Positions 17,329 through 26,784 of a stretch of 64,000 nucleotides of DNA are shown piece by piece (position 1 is the stretch's first letter; every line of letters starts with the position of its first letter). Below the pieces are notes generated by a model. That model was not told the origin of the DNA. It made no database searches and saw only the letters and a list, made by a program, of their open reading frames with translations. Source of the DNA: Collinsella sp. (GTDB taxonomy: Bacteria > Actinomycetota > Coriobacteriia > Coriobacteriales > Coriobacteriaceae); NCBI GenBank assembly GCA_048524725.1, contig DBFVGT010000010.1, positions 1,125-65,124 on the forward strand, written 5' to 3'. The translations under genes were made by a program, and so were the position numbers.

Positions 17329-19022
17329 TTCGCTTCCTCGTTTCGCTCGTAGAGCATTTCGGTGGCAAGCTGGTCGATAACATCGCCGCCCGCGTTCGGG
17401 CACTCTCTTTTCGCCAGCTCTCGCAGCTCCTCGTACGCTTGTACGACGCTGCGGTCGTTCACCTTGATTTCGTAGATTGTACCATCGTGGCACGCCACCA
17501 CCGAGCTGCGCACCCAGTCGTTTTCCGCCACCGTGCGTATGTCTGTCCACGAAGGCGGCGAACTCATGGGGTGGTTGTGGATCAGCACCACGCCGCCCTC
17601 GGTGCGCCTGCACGCCTCCACCTGCTTGGCGGTCAGGCCGCACGCCTGGCTCTTCAGGCCGTGCCCGAAGGTATCGGTGACGCGCTCGCCCTTCTTCCAC
17701 GACACGACGGACATGCGTTCGTAGCCCGTGCCGTCGCGGTCGCGCAGGATGCGGCGGCTCTCGGCGTACACGGCCTCGCTTGCGCGCTTCGGGATGGGAA
17801 GGGACGCCACCTTGTCGTGGTAGGCCCTGCCGTTCACGGCGCGGCGGCTCACGTCTGCGGCGGTGCCCGCGCCCTTGCCCGGCATGAACTTCTCGCGCAC
17901 CCAGGTCTTGTCCGTGGCAAGCGGGTAGATGCGCTCCTTCGATTCCACGGCGGCCTCGCGCGTGCGCTCGCGGGACAGGTAGGGATGGGCGGCTATGTGC
18001 TCGCGCTGGCGCTTCTGCAGCTTGCCCAGGCGCAGGCGCTCCTTGGTGTTGTCGAGCCCGGCGGCCTCCAGGGCCGTTGCCTCGCGCTTGGCGGCGCGTA
18101 TGCCGCGCTCAAGCTCGCGCTGCTTCTGCTCTGCCTGGTATCGCTCCTCGCGCTTCTCGTCGCCGCCGTCGGGGTCGCGCTCGTACCGCAGCTGCTGGCC
18201 CTCCACGTAGATGCCGAAGTCGTGCTTGCAGTTCGCGCCGCACAGGCCATCGACAGAGCCGTAGCCCGTCTCGCGGTAGAACGGCGGGTACTTCTTGGAC
18301 TTGCCCGACAGGCTGAACACGCGGCCCTGCCACTTGGCGTGGCTCTCTCGCGCGCCGCCGTGCGAGGAGGTCTGCACGAGGTCGTGCCCGGTCTCCTCAA
18401 GCAGCTCCAGCGTGTTGCGGCTGCCGGCCTGCACCGCCTGCGTGCGCACGTGGCGGCGCATGGCCACGTCGGCCTGCGCCCACGCGCCGCTCTTGTAGTC
18501 CACGACGGACACGCCGCGCCGCGCCAGCTTCAGCACGGCCTCGCGGGTGGCCTGCTCGTAGCCCGCCATGCCCGAGTTCACCCGAGCCACGGCCTGCGCC
18601 ACGACTTCGAGGTAGGCGCGCTGCACGTTGGCGGGCATCTTCAGGTTGTCGCGGCTCACGACGTCCTGCACTCCCGCCGCCGTGGCCCGCGCTGAGTTGT
18701 GCAGCCTCCACTGCATCGTCTTGGACAGCGCGCCCATGGCCGTGCCCAGCGTGGCCAGGTCGGCCTCGGCGCTCTTGGCCACGGCCTCGGCCGCAGCCTT
18801 GGCAGCCTCGCGCGCGGCTCTGCGGCCCTCCTCGTTCATGGCCTTCTGCACGTCCTTGGCGGCACGCGCCGCCTTGCGGGCGGCCTGCGAGTAGGCGCTG
18901 TCGCCCTCGAAGTCGATGGAGCCTATGAGCGCGGCGTAGATGCACACCAGGCGCAGGGTGTATTCGTCCATGGCCCCCTGCGCTGCGTCGGTGAAGTGCT
19001 CTATGTAGTCCGGCCCCAGCAT
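17301..19022 (-). CDS. Minor head protein (MuF/minor capsid 2-like) with C-terminal JAB/MPN-like domain
   Basis: SSHGGARESHAKWQG and GLCGANCKHDF head-morphogenesis motifs; C-terminal IHNHP...PSWTD. Confidence 0.85.
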   Translation of the reverse strand: MLGPDYIEHFTDAAQGAMDEYTLRLVCIYAALIGSIDFEGDSAYSQAARKAARAAKDVQKAMNEEGRRAAREAAKAAAEAVAKSAEADLATLGTAMGALSKTMQWRLHNSARATAAGVQDVVSRDNLKMPANVQRAYLEVVAQAVARVNSGMAGYEQATREAVLKLARRGVSVVDYKSGAWAQADVAMRRHVRTQAVQAGSRNTLELLEETGHDLVQTSSHGGARESHAKWQGRVFSLSGKSKKYPPFYRETGYGSVDGLCGANCKHDFGIYVEGQQLRYERDPDGGDEKREERYQAEQKQRELERGIRAAKREATALEAAGLDNTKERLRLGKLQKRQREHIAAHPYLSRERTREAAVESKERIYPLATDKTWVREKFMPGKGAGTAADVSRRAVNGRAYHDKVASLPIPKRASEAVYAESRRILRDRDGTGYERMSVVSWKKGERVTDTFGHGLKSQACGLTAKQVEACRRTEGGVVLIHNHPMSSPPSWTDIRTVAENDWVRSSVVACHDGTIYEIKVNDRSVVQAYEELRELAKRECPNAGGDVIDQLATEMLYERNEEAKWFRLTKKK

Positions 19023-20536
19023 CAGGCGAGCCCGTCGCCCAGCATGTCGAACGCGCCGTCCTGCTGCTCGGGCACGTTGGCCTTGGCCTCGTTGCTGGTC
19101 TCGCCGTAGAAGCGGCGGCGGTACTCCCACGGGGCCATGATGCCCGCGCCGACCTCGCTCATGGCCATCTCGCGCGCGCTCTGCGTGTCGCTGATGATGG
19201 AGTCGTCGAAGTCCACGGTGACGTCGCCGTAGGGCACGGCCTCGCCCTTGATGCTGCGGCACGCGTCGGCCATGCCGTTGACCAGCCGCACGATGGACTT
19301 GCGCAGGGCGTTCTCGTGCCGGTGGATGGATCGCATCAGCTGCGAGTTGTCGGCCGCCACCTCCTTGGCGGTCTTCAGGCCCGTGTGCGACTCCCAGGAG
19401 AAGTAGCCGTTGCCGAAGCCGCACGCCACCGACAGCAGGCGCAGGCCCGTGTTGATGGCGCTGGCGTTCTCGTCCGCCTTGAGGTCGCTCTGCACGGTCT
19501 GTATCTTGGCTGACCCCTCGTCGCCGGGGTTCATGCTGAAGATGGTGTCGTCGGCCTCGCCGAAGGCGTAGTAGGTCTTCGTGAGGCTGCCGTCCGGCCC
19601 CTTGTCGGTCTTGGACTCTATGAGGGTCTTGTCCACGAACGTGCGCGGGCGGCCCACGCGAATGTGGTCGAGCAGGGAGGTGGCGGCCTCGTCGACCACC
19701 TTCATGGCCCCCACGGCGTTGCAGTACACGCTCGCGCCCATCGCGCAGTAGTCGTAGAAGCGGTTCGATACGGCGGGGCGCACCAGCGCGAAAAGCGGGC
19801 GCGTGCACCGCGTGTCCATGTCGGCGCTGATGCCCTCGACCGCCACCTGCTTGTGCGTGCGGGTGTCGAACAGCTGCGTGAGGATGTGGTAGGTGCCGCC
19901 CTTGAGCACGTGGGCCTGGCACTGGTCGTAGTCGCGCCCCGCGACCTCCACGCGCCCGACGAACGCGCACTGCGTGCAGTCGTCGGCGCTCCACGTTAGC
20001 GGGATTATCTGGCTGGCGTCGTACCGCACGATGCGCAGCTCCGCGTCGGGCGTGTAGGCGCTGTCGGTCACGCCTCGCGGCTCGATGACCCACGCGCCCG
20101 TGCCCATGGCGAACGCGCGGGCTATGAAGTCGGCGTTGTCCATGGCGAACGATGTGGGCGCGTCGCCGTCCTCTGTCGGCTGCGGCGCGGCCTGGCCGTC
20201 CTCGTGCCCCTCGTCGCCGACGCCGCCCGTCGCCGTGGGGTTGGCGAAGTAGCGCGCCATCCAGGCGCGGCGCTCGTCGCTCGTGCTGGAGATGATCGTG
20301 CTCTCGTTCATGAGCAGACTGGCCCACTCGTCGGCCACGAGCGCCGCCGGGTGCAGGCTGGCGCGCTCGCGCTTGTACACGCGGAAGCCGCGCCGCTCGC
20401 TGTAGTGGTACCAGCCGTTGTTCGCCGCGAACCAGCCGAACCAGACGCCCACCATGCCCTGCATGCGGGTGTCCGGCTGGTATCCCATGCGGCGCAGCCA
20501 CGCCTCGGCGTAGCCCGTGTTGCCTCGCTTCTCCAT
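19022..20536 (-). CDS. Portal protein (SPP1/A118-like)
   Basis: 504 aa after TerL; KTAKEV and VTVDFDDSII motifs. Confidence 0.88.
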   Translation of the reverse strand: MEKRGNTGYAEAWLRRMGYQPDTRMQGMVGVWFGWFAANNGWYHYSERRGFRVYKRERASLHPAALVADEWASLLMNESTIISSTSDERRAWMARYFANPTATGGVGDEGHEDGQAAPQPTEDGDAPTSFAMDNADFIARAFAMGTGAWVIEPRGVTDSAYTPDAELRIVRYDASQIIPLTWSADDCTQCAFVGRVEVAGRDYDQCQAHVLKGGTYHILTQLFDTRTHKQVAVEGISADMDTRCTRPLFALVRPAVSNRFYDYCAMGASVYCNAVGAMKVVDEAATSLLDHIRVGRPRTFVDKTLIESKTDKGPDGSLTKTYYAFGEADDTIFSMNPGDEGSAKIQTVQSDLKADENASAINTGLRLLSVACGFGNGYFSWESHTGLKTAKEVAADNSQLMRSIHRHENALRKSIVRLVNGMADACRSIKGEAVPYGDVTVDFDDSIISDTQSAREMAMSEVGAGIMAPWEYRRRFYGETSNEAKANVPEQQDGAFDMLGDGLA

Positions 20537-21819
20537 CAGAGGTTGCTCCTTATCCACAGTCCTGCGGCGTAGCCCGCCGCGTCTATCGCGTCGTCGTTCA
20601 CCTTCGGCAGTGTCTCGGTTATGTCGCCCTGCCCGTTCGACACGTACTCGAACTCGGGAAACTCCTTGGCGGCGAGCGGGCAGCGGTCGGGGTCGATGAC
20701 CACGCGCGTCAGGTTCTGCATCCACCTGATGCGGTTTTTGGGCGAGTTGAGGCCCTGCTTGAACGCCTTCTGTGCGCTGATGCCCTGCTCCTGGTAGTAG
20801 AGGATCATGCCGCGCGCCGCGCTGTCGCACCACACGTCTGCGGCGGGGTCGCCGGCTTCCTCCAGCTTCGAGGCCACCAGCTCGGCGGTCTTCGGGTCGA
20901 CGGCGTCTACGCCCTGGCGGCTCTCCTCGTCCAGCAGGTACAGCACGCGCTCGTTCTCGTCGTAGCCGACCTCGACGAACACCCATGGGTGCACGCTGCC
21001 CGCGTCCACGCCGAACGAGCGCAGGGAGATGGACGCGCGCTCCTCGTCCGTTATGGGCCGGATTTCCAGCAGCTCGTCGGGGAACACCTCGGAGCCGGTG
21101 CCCGTCACCTCGCCGAGCCATTGCCAGCGGTAGGAGTCGGGGGTCTTGCGGCGGCTGCGCTCCGCCTCCGCCAGCGCGGTGGCGCTTATCCATTCGGGGT
21201 GCTCGTCTATGACGTCCAGGTACGTGGTGTGGCATATGAAACGGCCGTCCTCGCCCGGGTGGGCCTCCAGGTCGCGCGCCTCCTTGTTCACCCAGTTGCG
21301 CGCCGAGCGGGGAGGGTTGTAGCTGTAGAAGACCCAGAACACGTCGCCGCCGCGCAGGAACGTGGCCAGCACGCTGCGCACCTCGTCCATGCCGTCGAAC
21401 TCGTCTACCTCCTCGAACCACACCACGGCGCAGTAGCCGGTGCGGAACTTCGCGGACTTCAGCTTCTTCGGCTTGTCGCATCCCACAAAGCGTATGACCT
21501 GCCCGGTGGGGCGGTACGTCACCTCCATGGGGGACAGGCCGAAGTCGAACAGGTGCGCCACGCCCAGCACGTCGCACGCCCAGCCTATCTGCTCGTACAC
21601 GGACGTGCGCAGCGTGTTGCCGACCTTGCGCAGCACGACGGCGTTGGCCTCCGGGTTGAGCATGATCAGCAGCACGATGGCGATGGATATGAACGACGAC
21701 TTGGTGGAGTTGCGCCCGCCCTTGAACCAGTAGTGCGTGAACTCGTGCGCCTTGATGGAGCGCCACACGCCGGCGAACACGGAGGCCACGACGTCCGAGA
21801 GCCTAACCGAGGTCGTCAA
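20536..21819 (-). CDS. Terminase large subunit, PBSX family
   Basis: KGGRNSTKSS Walker A, WFEEVDE Walker B, SYNPP, DDAIDAAGY. Confidence 0.93.
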   Translation of the reverse strand: MTTSVRLSDVVASVFAGVWRSIKAHEFTHYWFKGGRNSTKSSFISIAIVLLIMLNPEANAVVLRKVGNTLRTSVYEQIGWACDVLGVAHLFDFGLSPMEVTYRPTGQVIRFVGCDKPKKLKSAKFRTGYCAVVWFEEVDEFDGMDEVRSVLATFLRGGDVFWVFYSYNPPRSARNWVNKEARDLEAHPGEDGRFICHTTYLDVIDEHPEWISATALAEAERSRRKTPDSYRWQWLGEVTGTGSEVFPDELLEIRPITDEERASISLRSFGVDAGSVHPWVFVEVGYDENERVLYLLDEESRQGVDAVDPKTAELVASKLEEAGDPAADVWCDSAARGMILYYQEQGISAQKAFKQGLNSPKNRIRWMQNLTRVVIDPDRCPLAAKEFPEFEYVSNGQGDITETLPKVNDDAIDAAGYAAGLWIRSNL

Positions 21820-22234
21820 CGATAGTCACCCCCGCCTCCGCCATGGCGGCCTTCGCGCCGTCCACGCCGAACATGTCGTTGAGCAGCTTCACGCTCTCGG
21901 TTATGGCCAGGCGCGCGTCGCCGTTGATGCTGCCCTCGGCCGCCTGGCGGCGGAAGATGGGCAGCGCGCCGTCCAGCACCTCGAACAGCGGGGCGGCCGC
22001 GTCCTGCAGCTCCCAGCGGCAGTCCTTGGCGGCCGCGTCGCGGATTTCCTGGATTCTGTGCGCGATTCGTGGGTCGCGCATCAGCTTGGAGGCGGCGCAG
22101 CTTATCGAGTTGTAGTTCATGCGCTTGCAGTCGTAGGCCGCGCGGTACGCGTCCTGCTGCTTGGCGCGGGGCTTGGCCATCTCGCGGGCGAACGCTTCCT
22201 GCTTCGCCGTGAGCGGCTTGTCCTTCTTGGGCAC
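21803..22234 (-). CDS. Terminase small subunit
   Basis: LTAKQEAFARE...AYRAAY...AASKLM; ends VTIVDDL; GTG start behind AAGGAGG. Confidence 0.85.
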   Translation of the reverse strand: MPKKDKPLTAKQEAFAREMAKPRAKQQDAYRAAYDCKRMNYNSISCAASKLMRDPRIAHRIQEIRDAAAKDCRWELQDAAAPLFEVLDGALPIFRRQAAEGSINGDARLAITESVKLLNDMFGVDGAKAAMAEAGVTIVDDLG

Positions 22235-22294
22235 CTGCGGCCTCCTTCCCTTATCTCTCGGCCCATATGGTCGCAAGCGTGTCGCCGGGCACGG

Positions 22295-22320
22295 AAAAGG
22301 CCGCCCCGAAGGACGGCCCT
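22295..22320 (-). terminator. Intrinsic terminator ending the early operon
   Basis: GGCCGTCC-TTCG-GGGCGGCC followed by TTTT. Confidence 0.7.
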
Positions 22321-22883
22321 CTGCCTGTTTCCGTATTCGGTTGCCCCTATCCGCACGCCGCCACGGCCATGGCCATGAGCCCGAGCGCCAGCGCCCTTAT
22401 GGCGTAGATGGCCGCCGCGTCTATGGCGATTGCCGCCGCTATGAACAGCAGGCACCCCCAGTTGCATCCCGGGCGGTTCATCGCTCCTCCCACTCGACGG
22501 TGCCGTCGTCGTACTCGGCCTTGAGCCAATCCAGGTAGTCGGCCTCCTCGCAGAAGCTGGCCAGCAGCCGCTTGCTGGTAGTGCAGCTGCTCATGCGGCT
22601 CGTCTCATACACGGCGATGGAGAAGGGCCACGAGTGGAACTCCACCTCCGTGTGGATGGCCCGCTCGGGCGCGCCGAAAAGGTGCTCCCAGTTCGTCATT
22701 CCGCGCCCTCCTTCGAGCCCGGTCCGACCTTGCGGTAGGTGAAGTCCTCGAACAGGTGGCCGCACCACCGGCATCGGTCGCCGCCCTTCGGCAGGTGGTG
22801 CCATGTCTCGCGCACCCCGCACTTCGGGCAGCGCACCTCGATACTGGGTCGGCGCTTCGGCTTCTCGGTCTGCTGCTCCATGG

Positions 22884-23390
22884 CTACTCCACCGCCATCC
22901 GCATGGCCGGCTTCATGGCCTCGCGCAGGCTCTTGGCCAGCTTCTCGGCCGTTACCTCGGCCTTCACCTCCACGTTCACGTCGGGCATCGCGAAACCGCG
23001 CGCCTCTTCGGCCTTGAGGCAAGGCATGGCGGCGTCCTGGGCCGCGCCCTTGAGCGTCGGTGACGCTGTCACCCTCGGCTCGCAGCGCCCCAGCCACAAC
23101 TCGCACTCGTCCAGCTTCGTGAGCGCCAGGGCGCGCTCGCGGCTCGCCTCGTAGGCCGTCTCGATGCCCTTGCGCAGGTTCCGCACGGCCGTCTCTTCGG
23201 TCCCGGCGTCCAGCTTTTCGCGCAGTCGGGCGTTCTCGAACCTCAGGTTGCGAGCCTCGCGACGCAGCACTGCTACCGTATGGCTTTGCTGCTCGTCCCA
23301 GCAGTCCTCGCACAGCGGCGCGTCTACGCCCATGTTGTCCTGCCCCAGGGCGTCGATATCGCGCCCGCAGGTATCGCAGATGATTCCCAT
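22884..23390 (-). CDS. Hypothetical protein: CxxC-CxxC finger, coiled coil and SRERALALTKLDECELW motif
   Basis: Start MGIICDTCG; motif shared with 41447-41674. Confidence 0.6.
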   Translation of the reverse strand: MGIICDTCGRDIDALGQDNMGVDAPLCEDCWDEQQSHTVAVLRREARNLRFENARLREKLDAGTEETAVRNLRKGIETAYEASRERALALTKLDECELWLGRCEPRVTASPTLKGAAQDAAMPCLKAEEARGFAMPDVNVEVKAEVTAEKLAKSLREAMKPAMRMAVE

Positions 23391-23392
23391 GG

Positions 23393-23584
23393 CTACTCCC
23401 TTTCTTCCGGCTTCACCGCGCCTGCGAGGAACCACGCCCGCAGGCTCTCGGCGCACTCCGGGCACAAGGCCCTTGCCTTGCCGTCGATTCGCGCGCTGTT
23501 CCTCAGCACCATCTTGGCGTAACCCGCCAGGGTCGCCGGCACCTCCTTGCCGCAGCGTTCGCATGCGCACATGTACAGCCTCAT
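23393..23584 (-). CDS. Small Zn-finger protein
   Basis: CERCG...LCPEC, 63 aa. Confidence 0.55.
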   Translation of the reverse strand: MRLYMCACERCGKEVPATLAGYAKMVLRNSARIDGKARALCPECAESLRAWFLAGAVKPEERE

Positions 23585-24046
23585 GCCTGTTCGCCTCCCT
23601 TCGGCAGAGCGTCGGCGATTCGGTCCCAGTCGGTGGCCGGCTTCTCGCTGGGGTACTCGTAGGCCCCCACGCACGGCACCGGCAGCACCGCCATGCCGTC
23701 GTGCTCGCCTGCGTACTCGTCTGCGTCCGATCTGCTCTCGAACGCCAGCACCACGTCGCTCTCCGTGGCCACCGCGTAGATCTTCTTCATCGTTTCGTCT
23801 CCTATTCGAACTCGAAGCACTCGCATGCCTCGCTTGTCTCGTCTACCGCCTCCACGTCGGGGCCGCCGCCCGTCATGGCGTCGCGGGCGCACACGGCCTC
23901 GCCGCCAGCGCCCTGCACGCGGCCGCAGAAGCGGCACTCCCGGCACATGTGGCCCTCCCACGGATCGGGCCGGTTCCACGGTGCCCTGGGGTCGGACTCG
24001 AAGCACCCGGGCGGGAGGTTCCACCCGCTTGAAGGCTCGTACCCGC

Positions 24047-24442
24047 TCACATGCACCGCCTGCCCCTCGGCAGCCGACCCCAGCCGTCCATGGCCAGGGC
24101 ATCCGCGTACTTGGTCGGTTCCGGCAGCAGCAGGTACTCCCAGTGCCCCGAGCCCGGCGGGGCGGGGCGGTTGAACCTCTGCTCGGCCCTGACCCAGCGG
24201 AAGTGCAGCCGGTTGGCGTGCGCCAGCCCGTGGCAGCCGCTGCCGTTGCCGCTGCCGCACAGCATCACCGTGGGCTTGGGAACCTCGCGCCCGTCGCGGA
24301 ACAGCTTGCCCGCCCCGCGCCTCACGATGTGGTGGCGGTTGAGCGGCCACGGCGCGCCGCACACGGCGCACCTGGGCGTCTCGATGCTCGGCCCCTCCAT
24401 GAGGGGGCGCAGGATCTCGGGCAGCGTGTCAACGTTTGCCAT
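24047..24442 (-). CDS. HNH-like nuclease
   Basis: CAVCG...HHIV...LCGSGN..GCHGLAH. Confidence 0.7.
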   Translation of the reverse strand: MANVDTLPEILRPLMEGPSIETPRCAVCGAPWPLNRHHIVRRGAGKLFRDGREVPKPTVMLCGSGNGSGCHGLAHANRLHFRWVRAEQRFNRPAPPGSGHWEYLLLPEPTKYADALAMDGWGRLPRGRRCM

Positions 24443-25157
24443 TCGAAAGCCTCCTGTCCTTGCCTTGCAGCTCGTACTTGTCGCACATCTCGGCCAGGCG
24501 GCTCACGATGGCCACCGCCGTCTCCTCGTCGCCGTTCTTGGCCAGGCGGCGTATGAGGTCGCCCTTGCCGTACTGCGTGGTCACGACCACGGGCCTCATG
24601 TTCTCGTACCTGTCGTTCACGACGCGGAACACCTGCCCCAGCGTCCAGTCGGTGGGGGACTCCTTGCCGAGATCGTCCAGCACCAGGCACCCCACGCGGG
24701 AGAGCCTGGACAGCACGCCGTCCTCGGTGCCGTCGCCGCCGTAGGTGCCCTTGATGGCGGCCAGCACGCCCAGCATGTCGGTCACCCTCACGCTGGTACC
24801 GCCGTCCACCAGGAGCCGCGCCACGGCGCTCGCCAGGTGGGTCTTGCCGGTTCCCACGGGGCCGCAGATGTACGCCCCGCGCCCTTGCTCAACCTTCGCG
24901 GCAATGCCCTCGGCCATGGGGGAGGCGGCCGTCATGAAGCGGGGCTTGATTCCGGCCCGCTCGTAGGCCCGGCGGCGTTTGGCTGCGGCCTCCTCGGCCT
25001 TGGCCCTGGCCTCAAGGCGCGAACGCTCGTCGCGCTCCGCCACGGCACCCGGGCAGCCGCACGGCTTCCAGCCGCAGAAGGTGCGGCGGCCAGCTAGCAC
25101 CACGTAGCGGACCTCCAGCTGCGCCCCGCAGTGGGGGCACTCAGTCGTACTCGGCAT
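24429..25157 (-). CDS. DnaC/IstB-like helicase loader ATPase
   Basis: GPVGTGKT Walker A, LVLDDLGKE Walker B, SRL...GKDRR. Confidence 0.9.
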   Translation of the reverse strand: MPSTTECPHCGAQLEVRYVVLAGRRTFCGWKPCGCPGAVAERDERSRLEARAKAEEAAAKRRRAYERAGIKPRFMTAASPMAEGIAAKVEQGRGAYICGPVGTGKTHLASAVARLLVDGGTSVRVTDMLGVLAAIKGTYGGDGTEDGVLSRLSRVGCLVLDDLGKESPTDWTLGQVFRVVNDRYENMRPVVVTTQYGKGDLIRRLAKNGDEETAVAIVSRLAEMCDKYELQGKDRRLSNGKR

Positions 25158-25842
25158 AGCCGTCGGCCTCCTTCCGGGTCCTCGGGCCGCGGTTAACGTA
25201 GTCCTCGAACTTCGGCGAGAACAGCGTGGAGGGCCGCAGGTACTTGGCCATCTTCGGGTCGCCCGCCCACTCGGCTGCCATCGTGTCGATGACGGCCAGG
25301 AAGTCGGGGAGGCGGTAGCCCTCGGCCCAGCGGGCGTGTATCAGCCTGCGGGTCTTGGCGCTGCTTGAGCGGTAGCGGGTGCCGGCTGCCTCGTTGAGCG
25401 CATGCACGATTTCTTCAAAGGGGATTAAGGGGTTATCTATATACTCAACCTCAACCTCAACCTCTGCATTGCCGCAACTCGATGCGCCTGCATGTGCATC
25501 CGCATCTGCTTGAGCATGTGCGACTGCATCTGTATCCGCATATGCTCCCGCATGTGCTTGCGCATCGGCTTGCGCCCGTGCCGCCGCATCGTCCACCGCG
25601 TCTTCCTTCCCCGGCCTGTTGCCCCAGCGGGCGTTGGCCGCCTTCCTTGCGCGCTCGCTCTTCTCGTCGCCCATGTCGAGCCTGCCCTTGAGCACCAGGA
25701 AGGTAGGCAGCCACGCGGGGCTGCCCTGCGGCTCCTTGCCCGTGAACCGGTACTCGACGATGGCGTAGATGAACGGCGCGCGCTGCTTCTCGGGCATGGC
25801 CTGCGCGGCCGCCCAGAAGTCGTCGTGTATAACCATGCCCAT
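25141..25842 (-). CDS. Replication initiator (replisome organiser)
   Basis: RKAANARWG, repeat-encoded linker, C-terminal YLRPSTLFSPKFEDYVN; precedes DnaC. Confidence 0.85.
   Translation of the reverse strand: MGMVIHDDFWAAAQAMPEKQRAPFIYAIVEYRFTGKEPQGSPAWLPTFLVLKGRLDMGDEKSERARKAANARWGNRPGKEDAVDDAAARAQADAQAHAGAYADTDAVAHAQADADAHAGASSCGNAEVEVEVEYIDNPLIPFEEIVHALNEAAGTRYRSSSAKTRRLIHARWAEGYRLPDFLAVIDTMAAEWAGDPKMAKYLRPSTLFSPKFEDYVNRGPRTRKEADGYAEYD
25411..25568. repeat. Probable phage L replication origin: 12-bp-period iterons plus AT-rich segment
   Basis: GCATNTG-like units start at 25490, 25502, 25514, 25526, 25538, 25550 and 25562; CTCAAC x3 and AT-rich tract at 25411-25464. Confidence 0.75.
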
Positions 25843-25861
25843 AGTGTCGCCGTCGCCTTCC

Positions 25862-26434
25862 CTAAAACGGGATATCCTCGTCGTACAGATCGGGCATGGC
25901 CTGCTGCTGCGGCATGACCTGCTGCTGCGGCATGACCTGCTGTGGCGCGTACGCCTGCTGAGTGGCCGGCTGCGGCGCGTAGGCGGGCTGCTGCGGCGCA
26001 GGTGCCGGGGCGGGGCGTCCCTGGCCGTACGTGCGGGCCTGCGGCGCTTGCGGGGCCGCCTGAGGCGCGTACTGCTGCGGCGCGTAGCCCTGCTGCTGTT
26101 GCTGGCCGCTCATGAACTCCAGCTCGTCCACCACGACCTCCAGCGCGCTGCGCTTCTGGCCGGTCTGCTGGTCGTTCCAGCTGCGGTAGCGCAGCTTGCC
26201 CTCGACGGCCACCTTGCTGCCCTTGGCGAGGTACTGCGCCAGCTTCTCGCCGCGGGTGCCGAACAGCGTGCAGTCCACGAAGTTCGGGTAGTCCTCCCAC
26301 TGCCCGGTCTGCTGGTTCTTGCGGCGGTCGTTGACGGCCACGCCCATGGACAGCACGGACATGCCGCCAGACGTGGAGCGCAGCACGGGGTCGCGGGTCA
26401 GGTTGCCGGATATGCACACGCGGTTGATGCTCAT
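25862..26434 (-). CDS. ssb: Single-stranded DNA-binding protein
   Basis: MSINRVCISGNLTRDP; C-terminal DEDIPF. Confidence 0.95.
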   Translation of the reverse strand: MSINRVCISGNLTRDPVLRSTSGGMSVLSMGVAVNDRRKNQQTGQWEDYPNFVDCTLFGTRGEKLAQYLAKGSKVAVEGKLRYRSWNDQQTGQKRSALEVVVDELEFMSGQQQQQGYAPQQYAPQAAPQAPQARTYGQGRPAPAPAPQQPAYAPQPATQQAYAPQQVMPQQQVMPQQQAMPDLYDEDIPF

Positions 26435-26784
26435 AGATACCCTCCTTGGGTTACGTCCCCGCTGTTCCAGATGCGGGTGATCTGCGCGTCTACCATGCGG
26501 ATACGCAGCTTGATTACGTTGATGGCCTCCTGCGAGGCCTTGTAGATGGCCTCGGAGCAGTCGCGGCGGCGCTTGGCCTCCGCTATCTGCTCCTGGCCCC
26601 GGCACACGTCGCCGATGATGGTGACGGGCGTGCCCTTCTGGCGCTCGTTCAGGATGGCGATGCGCAGGGCCTTGCGGTACTCGGCCTCGTTCTCGGCGTA
26701 CTGGCAGCCCGACTCCTTGCAGGTCTTCAGCTCGGCCTCCAGCCTGTCGGTCAGCTCGTCCAGCTCCTCGGTGAGCGCCTGCAT
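26431..26784 (-). CDS. Hypothetical helical protein
   Basis: 117 aa, translationally coupled between ERF and SSB. Confidence 0.65.
   Translation of the reverse strand: MQALTEELDELTDRLEAELKTCKESGCQYAENEAEYRKALRIAILNERQKGTPVTIIGDVCRGQEQIAEAKRRRDCSEAIYKASQEAINVIKLRIRMVDAQITRIWNSGDVTQGGYL

Noticed and set aside
17301..21766. 1066-aa and 914-aa ORFs as single giant proteins
   Set aside because: N-terminal parts are off-frame overlaps of portal and TerL; real starts are at 19022 and 20536 with stop/start coupling
25832..25851. Ninth copy of the GGCGACAC motif (hexamer CATGGT)
   Set aside because: Overlaps the initiator start codon in the early region and deviates at the first hexamer base; may be chance
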